A stretch of DNA of 64,000 nucleotides from Tubulanus polymorphus. Its lineage: Eukaryota > Animalia > Nemertea. The notes beneath the pieces are model-generated. The model had not been told where the DNA came from, searched no databases, and worked only from the letters and a program-made list of their open reading frames with translations. Of the stretch, positions 53,401 through 64,000 are shown one piece after another. Made by a program: the position numbers and the translations under genes. Each line of letters begins with the position of its first letter. The stretch's first letter is position 1. The DNA lies in the NCBI RefSeq assembly GCF_964204645.1, contig NC_134025.1:19443101-19507100 (forward strand), in the 5' to 3' direction.

Positions 53401-54059
53401 GTAAACGATGATAGAGTGCTATGTGGTGTTCATAAACTCTGTATTCTTGGTGACAGTGGAGCAATTAAATGGGTTTTATCAAAAATAAACCAATTTCTTG
53501 ATTAACTGGTCACATACCATGAATGTTCATAAACAATATCTAATTACGATATTGTAGATCATAAAGTATTTCTTCACATTTTCCAAATTCAGAAATAGCT
53601 TATTCAATATTCAAATTTTTAGTGGGTGGGTTAAGAGCAAAAATGGGGTGTTGACTTCAAGTCATGCTACAAAAGTCCCCTTTTGCACAGAGTTACCATA
53701 GGGTGATAGGAAGATAATTATCCAGACACAAGCCAGATATTTAATACCATACTATCCAAATTGGTAAATATATGTACAGTATTGGCTCCACTTGCCTCAG
53801 ATCTTACAAAACCAATTAATTATCTTCCAGGTATCTGAAGTATGGGCCAGTCTGAGCAGGGATGGGTTTTTATTGCGATGAACTAGAGTAATAAAACTAT
53901 TAGTGATCTTTGTAGAATAGTGGGTGGGTTAAGTGACTTTTGACTTCAAGTCATGCTACAAAAGTCCCCTTTTGCACAGAGTTACCATAGGGTGATAGGA
54001 AGATAATTATCCAAAGACACAAGCGAGATCACCCCTTATATATAAAATATGGCGTTTTT

Positions 54060-54690
54060 AAAAATGGCCGCCACCGCCATAACTGAAAATCTTATTTTCG
54101 ACCATAACTTTGCAACCAAGTGACCTACACTAGTAAAATCGCTGTCTTTGCCCACTAAATCATGGTCAACCAATCAGATGACTTCACGCTCATTCCATTT
54201 TGACAAATGATTTGGCCTTTCCAAGATGGCCGCCGCCACCATTAACAGAAATAACATTTTTTATTATAAATTTGGAAACAATTGACCTACACTAGTAAAA
54301 TCGATGTGTTTACCCACTAAATCATGGTCAACCAGTCAGATGACATTATGCTTATTCCATTTTGACCAATGATTTGGCCGTTTTCCAATATGGCTGCCGT
54401 CGCCATTATCAGAAATTACATTTTCGACCATAACTTTGCAACCAAGTGGCTTAGACTACTAAAATCAATGTCTTCACCCAGTATACCACGGTCAACCAAT
54501 CAGATGACATTATGCTCATTCACTTTGGACCACTGATTTGGTCAGTTTTCAATATGGCTGCCGCCGCCATTATCAGAAATCACATTTTTCAATATGAATT
54601 TGGAAACAATTGACCTACACTAGTAAAATCGATGTCTTTGACCACTAAATCATCCTCAACCAATCAGATGACATTATGCTCATTCTGATA
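54060..54690. repeat. ~163-bp subterminal tandem repeat (4 copies) in the left Academ TIR
   Basis: Recurring ATGGCYGCCRYCRCCAT...CTAGTAAAATCGATGTC...CAACCAATCAGATGAC units at ~54063, 54225, 54388 and 54552. Confidence 0.85.
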
Positions 54691-54963
54691 TCTGATATCT
54701 TCTCCATTTTCTGTATTATTGCTACTGCCATTATTGGAAATAACTTGGTGAAGTATTAACTAATTGACGTGTTTCACCAACGTCGTTAAAAGTAAGGTGT
54801 AAAAAGAAATATGTTGATGTTATTTCATGATGCGGTCATTCTTGTTGAAAATGTAGATTTAAAACATGTACCTCTTTTGAAAACAAAATTGAGTTCCATA
54901 ATATTTAAAACCGTTTATTCTATTTAAATTGGCCGCTGAAGATCAGTATATCAACTTTAAAGA

Positions 54964-56041
54964 CAGGGGCGTAGCCACCGGTGTGACAACTGCGACATAT
55001 GTTGCACCAATAATTGAAAAACCCATTTTGCTAAAACGTCATAATAAACATTATTCTGTATTTACATGGGGGGAATCAAGTTCTTTTGAAGATGTCAGTG
55101 GTGCTAATACGGAGGCGTTGGTAGTGCACTTGAGATTTTCGGTGTAGGCCACATCCAACCCAGTGACTCCAGCGAGTTTTGTTTATAGTGTTAACAGTAT
55201 CACATCTGGACCATGCACCTGATCTCACAGTATCAAAGTTGCCGAATTCAGAAGATTTTTTTCATATCACTTTAGAGCGACTCAAACCGGTATTCTTCTG
55301 GTTATATTTCACTGATTCTGTAGGTGCTTTTTGTTCATGAAAAATGGACCATAATAAGGGATTTGACCAAAAAAATTCTGCTCAAGTGCCGAGACATGGA
55401 AACCGAGAAAACCGAGAGAGTACCGGTATTGATGTACAATAAGCTAACATTAGTTTACTATTCATCAATATATGGTCAAGGGCAGATCCAGCCTACCAGT
55501 TGTATTGAGGGGTACTCAGGTTTGCCCTTCTATTTTTCTAGTTTGTGATTTTGACAGGCTATTGTACTAACATAAATGTTTTATTCCGGGCTAGTATTCT
55601 GGAAGTAGTATAGAAAATGGTCTAAATGAATCTAAACGAAAATAATTAACTTCAAGGGGGATAGACTTTATGCCCCAAATATGCATCTCAGAGCCTTGAA
55701 AAATCAAAATTTTCTGGGGGTGTGCCCCCAGGTCCCCCGTTTTGTGCTATGATATAGTTGCCCTTCCAGTTCAGCAGGACTCAGAAATCGCTCTGGGATA
55801 GTGAAACATCTGGATCCGTCCCTAGACCAAAGATAACCTTAAAGGCATTATATTATCTACAGAAAAATTATTCAAATATGAGCTCTCATAGCCATCAGAA
55901 CGCATCTCAGACGTTTTAATGTTCAAAATTTTCTTGGGGGAGGGCCTCCAAACCCCCCTTCTAGACATCGCGCCTTCGGCGCTCGTTTGGATGTGCGCTC
56001 CAGATTGTCGCACCATTGAATTTTAGGTGGCTGCGCCCCTG
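54964..56041. mobile_element. Non-autonomous TIR element (CAGGGGCGTAGCCACC...GGTGGCTGCGCCCCTG)
   Basis: 16-bp imperfect TIR; AAAGA duplicated at 54959-54963 and 56042-56046. Confidence 0.6.
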
Positions 56042-56174
56042 AAAGAGCAAATGCCATCAAAATAGAATATTGTGTAAAATTCATTTTCAAATGTGATGTA
56101 TTCTCACATATCAAATATGGAACTGTATCCTAATTTGAACCGTAGGAACTCCGAATATTTAGTGAAACTTACTT

Positions 56175-56210
56175 GTTAGCTTTCGCCTGTTTCTACAGGC
56201 TTGATCACAC
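56175..56210 (-). ncRNA. Minimal hammerhead ribozyme motif (G3-C8 variant) in the 3' pLTR
   Basis: Reverse-complement copy of the motif at 58649-58684. Confidence 0.62.
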
Positions 56211-58648
56211 TGATGATGTCACTGCTGACGTCATCCGGGATTCCGGTCTTCCCTCGAGAATCAGCTGTGTGTGTGCCCCCCTCCCTAGAAGGGGACAGCA
56301 CGTTCCAGACGGCCGGGAGATGAAAACGGCCCCCGTCTTTGTTGAGAGAAGGGTGCAATGTACGGATGTGGATTGCTTCTTTGACACCTCTCTCAAACCA
56401 TCTGGGTTCAACACCGAGAATCCTAACGTTGTCAATGTCAACTGTGTGACCCGGTTGGTCGACATGAAGGTGTTTCGACACCTCTGACGGCTTCGACACC
56501 TTCGACAGCTGGGGCGTCTGTGTTCCCCGAATCTGGCTCTTAAGGATCGTTCGGTTTCACCTACGTATGAGTCACTACACTGTTCGCACTTGATATGATA
56601 CACCGGACTCACTACTCTCGATTTATCCAGTTTGTCCTTAGGTCTAACCAAAATCTGCCGTAGATTGTTCATGGGTTTGAAGAACACCGGTACTCCGTAT
56701 CATTTCATAACCCGACGTAACTGTTCTGAGGTACCCTTAATATATGGTATCACGACGGGAGCGACTTTCCGCCTTTCGGATTGTGTAGCTTCCTTAGTAT
56801 TATTAGCCGGTTTGCATAGGTTCGGTGACATGATCCAGGCAGGATAGTCGTTAAAACTCAGAGCCTTCTTTACATGGTTGACCTCCTCTAACTTATCCAC
56901 TGGATCCGATACAACACTTTCCGCCCTGTGGTTCAACGTTCTCACAACACCCTTCTTGTGTTCTAGGGGGTGGTTGCTATTGAAGTTCAGTTACTGGTCG
57001 GTATGAGTGTCTTTCCTGTATACTCTCGTGCGGATAGTGTGGTCACTGTTTACCACCGATAGCGTGTCTAAGAACGCAATAGATCGTTCCGTCCTACTGT
57101 CACCACCATCGTCAATACTCGGTAAAACATTGACCGATTCAGCCTCCGATGTCCATTTTATGTCATCGTCCACTTGGTTCAGATGGGTACTAAATTCTTC
57201 GGCGTACTGCTTCTTCAATACTGTGTATGTATCATCGACATACCGTTTCCACCACCTGGGAGGATGTAATGCCGTCCTTAAGGCTAACTGTTCAAACTCT
57301 TCCATGTATAGATTGCATACGATGGGTGAGACTGGTGAACCTATAGCAGCACCATGAACTTGTAGGTAGTAATCGCCGTTAAATAAGAAATAAGTACACT
57401 TGAGGCAGAGAAACAACAGACTTATAATCTCTTCATGTGATAACGGTGTGCGGTCCTTCAAGGTGTTGTCGTTACGGAGTCTTGTTGTGATCACCTCCAA
57501 AGCTTTGTCCACAGGTACGCTGGTGAACAAAGCACAGACATCATACGATCATAGCTCTTCATCTTCCTCAAGTTTAAGATGTTGTACCTCAGCCGCAAAC
57601 ACCTTCGAGTTTTTCACGTGGTGTTCGGATTTACCAACTAATGGACCTAGTACTGAGCTAAGATAATCGGCGCACTGATACGATAACGTACCGATCGAGC
57701 TAACAATAGGTCGTAATGGCATTCCAGTTTTATGGACCTTAGGTAAGCCATAGAATCGAGGTGGTTGGTCCACCGTGGGGTAAAGTTTCCGGTGTAACAC
57801 AAAGGAGATCACTTTCCTATCAAATAAATCTTTAAGGACATCCACAAATTTCTTCTTATACTGATTGGTTGGATCACGTTATAATCTCTTCATGTGATAA
57901 CGGTGTGCGGTCCTTCAAGGTGTTGTCGTTACGGAGTCTTGTTGTGATCACCTCCAAAGCTTTGTCCACAGGTACGCTGGTGAACAAAGCACAGACATCA
58001 TACGATCGTAGCTCTTCATCTTCCTCAAGTTTAAGGTGTTGTACCTCAGCCGCAAACACCTTCGAGTTTTTCACGTGGTGTTTGGATTTACCAACTAATG
58101 GACCTAGTACTGAGCTAAGATAATCGGTGCACTGATACGATAACGTACCGATCGAGCTAACAATAGGTCGTAATGGCATTCCAGTTTTATGGACCTTAGG
58201 TAAGCCATAGAATCGAGGTGGTTGGTCCACCGTGGGGTAAAGTTTCCGGTGTAACACAAAGGAGATCACTTTCCTATCAAATAAATCTTTAAGGACATCC
58301 ACAAATTTCTTCTTATACTGATTGGTTGGATCACGTGATAGCTTCTTGTATGTTTTCTTATCTGATAGTAAGAAGTTGCATTTGTCAAAATACTCCGTCT
58401 TGTTCATAACTACAGTAACCCTCCCTTTATCAGCAGGTAAAACCATTATGGTTTCGTCCTTTCTAATAGAATCAATTGCATCTCTTTCTTGTGTGGTGAC
58501 ATTCTGGTCTCTAACTTTGCAGGGGGCCGTTTTCATCTCCCGGCCGTCTGGAATAACGTGCTGTCCCGTTCTAGGGAGGGGGGCACACACACAGCTGATT
58601 CTCGAGGGAAGACCGGAATCCCGGATGACGTCAGCAGTGACATCATCA

Positions 58649-58684
58649 GTGTGATCAAGCCTGTAGAAACAGGCGAAAGCTAAC
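58649..58684 (+). ncRNA. Minimal hammerhead ribozyme motif (G3-C8 variant) in the inverted pLTR
   Basis: GTGATCA-A-GCCTGT-AGAA-ACAGGC-GAAAGCTA; 6-bp stem II, palindromic AGCT stem III, very short stem I. Confidence 0.62.
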
Positions 58685-59377
58685 AAGTAAGTTTCGCTAA
58701 ATATTCGGAGTTCCTACGGTTCAAATTAGGATACTATTCATATTACCCGAATAGATGAACATACATCAACGTAAATATGGAACTGGTTTGAATTTTAGTT
58801 TAGCCATTACTGAGAAATATCACTTTTAAATCGGCAATTTCAGCACGTGCTCACAGTTATTGTTTATGTTAGCAGGTGCGTGTTTCTGACGTCATCTCCG
58901 ACAAACGCTCGCCGCTTCCAGTCATTTCACTAGACGTTTCATGCGGTATTTTATCGTTTTAGGAGTGATTTGAATAAATAAACTCTGTGAAATAAAGTGA
59001 GAGCACTGTAGGTCAGTGAATACGGTGAACAAATGATGTTTATTTTATCGATTATACATAGGCTATGCGTACTAGCGCGCACATGTGCTTGTGTTGATTG
59101 TGATGGTTTACATCATAAATAGCGCCGCCCACGGGTTGAATATGAACTATACGCACGGAGTGAAGGATAAATAGATGACTATTCCGCTAACTATTATTAC
59201 GGCTAATTCGTGCTCCTTTTTTCAATAAGTCACATCTCAGGTCGCTATATGTTTACTAAAGTTTCTTCTGGTCAAGAAATCGCGGAAAGTACAATTTTGA
59301 TGGCATTTGCCCTTTAAGGCCGAGATTTTTACAATGTTAATGAACAAATCAGAGACTATAATTTCAAAAAAGTTATT

Positions 59378-60960
59378 TTAACAAAACATTGCTGAGTAAA
59401 TGAGACAAGTATTTGCGCCTGTGCGGGCCTTACAGCCACATAGGGACATGCAAAGCTGTCCCTGCACACAGCATTTGCATGGTGGCTTACAGCCCATCCT
59501 GCAATTGCAACTAACAAGTTCTGGCAAGTTCTTTGAAATAAGTGACGTCGTGGCGAAGACTGGTGTCGGTGCAGAATCTTGGGAATCAACCTGCCATCCC
59601 CATCCAGATGGTGATATGGGTTCATGATCTTTCTCTAGAGCATTCCCCCACACATGCCCACTCTACAAAAAAGAAGATTTTCCTTTATTTGGAAAAATTT
59701 AAATCTTCTCAAAACAGAATTCACTATAAAGCTGTGTTACCTGATATGCTACTCGAAGCACATGTTGGTGAAAAGCATCACTGCTCGATGGTGGCATATG
59801 TTCAAAGCCTTTCCCTTTGTGGAGGAAGAGGAAGAGTCAAGCAGCATCCACAGTTGTAATGTTGTCCTCTCTTACGCCATAGAGTCTAATTATAAATCAG
59901 TGAAGTACTGGCTATTGATTGCAGATCATTTTGACTATGGGCGTTGGTCCTGATAGCAGCTGAAGGGGTAAGGTTAGTTCAGGCATAGATTCCCACACTG
60001 ACCATGCTGCCTTTTTTCCTCTTCCAAAGAAGGCTGACGTAGTGTCACAACCTGTTATGGCATGAAATGCAGGTAGAGCAATGGCTTTTGATGGCCCAAG
60101 AATGTTAGCAATGGAATGCACTGGAATATACCTAGGAGAGGAAAATGGTTTATCATTTGCCAATTAAGTAAAGATGCATATAACATTTACACATCTCGGA
60201 GAAAGTCCTATACCTGAAGTGGCGTCGTACTCCAAAGGCAATCCATAGTTCCTCAAAGTTCTCCCCCAGCTTTACGAACGTAGCAATTCCAAGCACAACA
60301 ACATCACTGTCACTGCTGCAGATGATGATCCGACGATGTCCAGCAAGGGTTGCTGCAGCTACATGCAAGTATAAGTGGGAATCGGCCTCCTTCTGTGTAC
60401 ATGGGGCTAGGTTGGTGATGTTCATGCCAGCTGGTGATGTCAAACAATCACTAAGTATTGTTGTGAAAGAGCTTTTTGCCCTGAGAATAGAAGATGATCA
60501 GCAGTTTTCTAGTTAACCTCACTTCATATATTCTATGTTGGTCATTCTTATTTGCTTACCTCTTGAAGTGCCATAACTGCCAGGCTTTTGGCCAACTCCA
60601 CACACAGCTCCTGCTTGTTCAGATCCACCCGGAGAAAGGCAGCCCAATTGCCGGGAACTTTGGTTGACAGGGTAACCTTCCTCCTTGCACCGGTGCCCCT
60701 TTGCTCTCTGGTATCTGATTTGAGACTGGTCTTAGAGTACACATCCCAGACAATATCAACACGGTCATTTGATGCTAACCACGAGAGTATGTATGGTGCA
60801 AATACATCTGTGAAATATTGACCAATATTTACTGCACTTCCAGGACGAAGCATTTGAACTAGCACTGCTCCATCTAACACAGCTGCTGTTGTTGCTGGCC
60901 TTCGGTTATCAAAATCACGTGGAAGTATGCAATCCATGATCTCACTCTTATTTCCATAAT
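59378..60960 (-). pseudogene. Academ-type protein C-terminal half: XPG/FEN-like nuclease + Cys8/CXC zinc finger, with 3 short introns; frameshifted and 5'-deleted
   Basis: Motifs VLDGAVLVQ, DIVWDVY, KEADSHLYLH, SSDSDVVVL, FHAITGCDTTSAFFGRGKK, HVLRVAYQ|SGHVW, GWGW, CNCRMGCKPPCKC; GT-AG introns at ~60481-60558, 60132-60213 and 59663-59740. Confidence 0.8.
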
Positions 60961-61639
60961 TGCGGCAGCAGCCATATTGGAAAACGGCCAAATCATTGGT
61001 CAAAATGGAATAAGCATAATGTCATCTGAATGGTTGACCATGATTTTGTGGGTTAACACATCGATTTTACTAGTGTAGGTCAGTTGGTTGCAAAGTTATG
61101 GTAAAAAATATGATTTTCAGTAATGGCGTGGCGGCCATTTTTAAAAACGCCATATTTTAAATATAAGGGGTGATCTCGCTTGTGTCTTTGGAAAGTTATC
61201 TTCCTATCACCCTATGGTAACTCTGTGCAAAAGGGAACTTTTGTAGCATGACTTGAAGTCACTTAACCCACCCACTATTTTACAAAGATCACTAATAGTT
61301 TTATTACTCTAATTCATCGCAATAAAAACCCATCCCTGCTCAGACTGGCCCATAATTCAGATACCTGGAAGAGAATTAATTGGTTTTGTAAGATCTGAGG
61401 CAAGTGGAGCCAATACTGTACATGTATTTACCAATTTGGATAGTATGGTATTAAATATCTGGCTATAGTTATCCAGTTGTTATAAGCAAAGACATATAAA
61501 CTAGATTATTAATTACTCAATGGCTGCGTATGCATTTGCGCTGTCCAGTGCGTACCGCATTTTCCAAAGATATTAAATCTGAATTTTCAATTTAATTTCA
61601 TATAAAATTTGTCTCACATGCGTTTTTAGCAGCCGTAGG

Positions 61640-62410
61640 CTGCGCCTATTACTATACAAATGGAGCGAATTTAAATGATATGGTTTCCAGAGCTAAGGCC
61701 CATTGACTGTGCAACTAAGCATATATTCATACAAATCATTCATTAGAGCATTATCCATTCTCCAACCCCTATGAAGCTGAATTTTGAAAGAGGGCCTCGG
61801 AAAAATTTATATGAGCTTTTTCATGAAATTCTGATCGCAAAAATATCTGTTTCAAAAAGCCAATCAGAAAGCAAAGACTCCTCTATGATTGGCTTAGCCG
61901 CAGAGATCAGCAGGTGTTCACGTGAACCCTCGGTGTCGTCTACCGTTTTACATCCGGGTTTTATTCTAAGATCTAAATTTGTATTTCAATACCGTGAAAT
62001 CTTTAGTTGATTTGGTTTTTGGGAGGAATATCTTTATTTGCACGACAGAAAATATCATTGACAATTGTGCAACGTCCGGGAAAAATAGCTTTTTCTCAAA
62101 TCGGATGGATGACCTTGATATGCTAATTAGCCATGTGCTCAAACTGCAAATTCAATCGAATGTTGTTTTATTGAGCAAATTTCAGAAAATTCAATTCTGT
62201 TCCGCATTCAAATCAATAAGACAAAGGGAAAAGATTTATCTGAGGTATTTGTTCCTGCCAGCTCCAGTCGCTGTTTGTGCTACTTATGAAAACACAATTG
62301 AATTGTGTAAATTATGTATTTGGACAAATGTATCATTTGGACAGAATGCATCATTTGCCATTTTATAAAAAGCTGACAGGCTGGCCATAGTGCCCCTTCG
62401 GGCTCTTGTT
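61640..62410 (+). repeat. Copy of the same dispersed repeat module
   Basis: Similar to 5480-5960 and 14430-14880; ends GGCCATAGTGCCCCTTCGGGCTCTTGTT. Confidence 0.7.
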
Positions 62411-62579
62411 GTACTGTTTGCTCAGTGTGGGATTAAGCTCATAATCAAGCGGCAAAAGGGTTAAGCTAGATCTAGTTAGATCTATGTCCGTGTCATAGGC
62501 TAATAAAAAGCTTAACATATCACCAGTTCATTGATAAAAGCTGCGTTGATATTGATATTTGATCTTCTGAATCTTTTAG

Positions 62580-62691
62580 GAACTGCACATCAATGGATGC
62601 GTGAATCTTACAGATGAATCAGTCGATGCTGTCATACAATGCTGTCCTAAAATCAACATCCTTCTCTTTCATGGTTGTCCAAATATTACAG
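62580..62691 (+). CDS. AMN1: AMN1 homolog exon 6
   Basis: [37 protein letters not shown], cf. [37 protein letters not shown]. Confidence 0.92.
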
Positions 62692-63353
62692 GTAAGGTCT
62701 ATTTGGAAGAGGTGTTTCAGGTGCTGATCACATAGGATCTTCAGAGCCGTTGGAAGGAATTTTTCAGTGGCGAGGCTTATTTCTGAAGGGGGTCTGGGGG
62801 CCCTCGCCTAGAAAAATTTTGAAAATTCAATCGCCGGAGATGCGTTTTGGGGCCATTTCACAGTCTCATTCACAGAAGCATGAGAAGTCGTGAGCCAACC
62901 ACCTAGTACAGAGAAGGACGAGCTGCTACGCGGTACAGCGTGCTTTTGAAAAAAATTTTGTTAAGCAAAAAAATGGGGCGGCTTTGGCTGCCCCTGCCGC
63001 CCCTGTTCCGACGGCCCTGATCTTTTTGTGAAATATATTGAGAAAATACTCCCAGAATGCACATAAGTGCATGCATTTTTCCAAAATTCCTGGCCCAGGC
63101 CCGCATATCGCGCTTATGCGATAAGTAACATGTTCATCTCTATAAAAATTGCGCCCAACCTTTCTCCATAGCTGCATCCATGCCTGAGTTTAGGTCCATG
63201 AAAAAGCTTTGAATTTTAAAACCTCTGTCTCTCCCACCTCACCGTTTCAGTGCAGTTGGAAATTTTGTCTGAATACATGAATTATGTGAATATCCAAATG
63301 GTTCTTTCTGACTATTAAAATGTTGATTTTATCTTGTGTTTGTCGTTATTTAG

Positions 63354-63427
63354 AGAGGTCAAGAATGGCTTTGGAAGAATTAATGGCAAATACTAAAGTT
63401 AGACAACTTACATGGACTGTGTATTGA
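63354..63427 (+). CDS. AMN1: AMN1 homolog exon 7 (terminal)
   Basis: (E)RSRMALEELMANTKVRQLTWTVY*; AMN1 ends in QVTWTVY; joined CDS is 795 nt. Confidence 0.92.
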
Positions 63428-64000
63428 TCAAAACAAACTAGAACCATCAGGAGCACTGACATCAACATAACAAAAATCGCTCATGCATTTCAGGTTATGT
63501 GGATTGAATATTCATAAGTACAAATATTCCATTTCATCAAATGGTTTTAACAAGCAAAAAACCTAAATCCCTGTTAAATTATATATTTTCATAAAATACA
63601 GATAAAGCAAACTTCCTGAAACAAATAATGTTAAAACTGAAATCCCAATTTCGAAACTCAAACAAAAACCTTTTCGGATACCGGTATTTCATTCAAAAAT
63701 GTTTACCTGGTATGTATATTTATACATAGATTATATAAGTTTTTGTATAAAACTTGTTTTGTTATTTTTGTATTACATAAAAGATATTATTATTACGAAA
63801 TTCATAATTAAAGTTCGTTCTTCTGGAATCGGTTTTCTTTCCTTAATCTGCCTGTCATTCTCTCTGTATAATCGTATAAATCGTATAAACGTTTATATCC
63901 AGTCAGAGGGCGTGGCAACATTTACAAGGAAAAGATTTTTTTATGAAACTTTCATGTGTATCCTGTGGATCGATGTAACCTCAATCGCCAATTTCAGTGT

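Larger units (their letters stand above)
56126..58772 (-). mobile_element. Penelope-like retroelement (RT + GIY-YIG), 5'-truncated, with inverted pseudo-LTR and tail; disrupted
   Basis: ORF pieces with PADKG, PRFYGLPKVHK, PLRPIVS, YDV-LFT, G-AIGSPVSP, RYVDD, YVGETER, ERGVKEAIHI; 56126-56334 repeated inverted at 58522-58734; flanked by AAATATGGAACTG at 56113-56125 and 58773-58785. Confidence 0.93.
56044..59313. mobile_element. Kolobok-like non-autonomous element (TTAA target) hosting the Penelope insertion
   Basis: TIR AGAGCAAATGCCATCAAAAT / ATTTTGATGGCATTTGCCCT+TTAA; internal part 58850-59240 has a related copy at ~23485-23850. Confidence 0.65.
53918..61277 (-). mobile_element. AcademX-like DNA transposon, internally deleted, with long TIRs and nested insertions
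   Basis: Termini TAGTGGGTGGGTTAAG (53918) / CTTAACCCACCCACTA (61277); >300-bp inverted repeats; spliced remnant gene encoding XPG/PIN-like nuclease motifs and a Cys-rich C-terminus. Confidence 0.72.

Noticed and set aside
57874-58686. 270-aa ORF with a novel N-terminus fused to RT
   Set aside because: The N-terminal part is the antisense of the inverted pLTR, in frame by chance at the 58521 junction.

Overview
AT-rich, intron-rich eukaryotic DNA that looks like an invertebrate animal genome; the taxon cannot be fixed from the sequence. I reconstructed three spliced host genes by hand translation and splice-site/phase checking: (1) the 3' part of a ZNF318-like gene with two matrin-type zinc fingers (+, exons 11503-22344); (2) a complete NUDT18-like Nudix hydrolase (-, 7 exons, 45516-33051, ~331 aa); (3) a complete AMN1-like LRR gene (+, 7 exons, 45672-63427, ~264 aa). 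NUDT18 and AMN1 are head-to-head with only 155 bp between start codons. Introns are packed with mobile DNA: a Penelope-like retroelement (RT + GIY-YIG, inverted pseudo-LTR with tail, 13-bp TSD), an AcademX-like DNA transposon, Helentron/HINE-like elements, many MITEs, a tRNA-derived SINE, LINE fragments and two minisatellite arrays. The most notable signals are a hammerhead-ribozyme motif with a compensatory G3-C8 core swap in both pLTR copies, two further hammerhead-like motifs, a multi-level nested transposon stack in AMN1 intron 5, an Academ inverted repeat that extends past the apparent termini, and an apparent non-canonical TT donor in AMN1 intron 2. Family names come from remembered motifs, not database searches.
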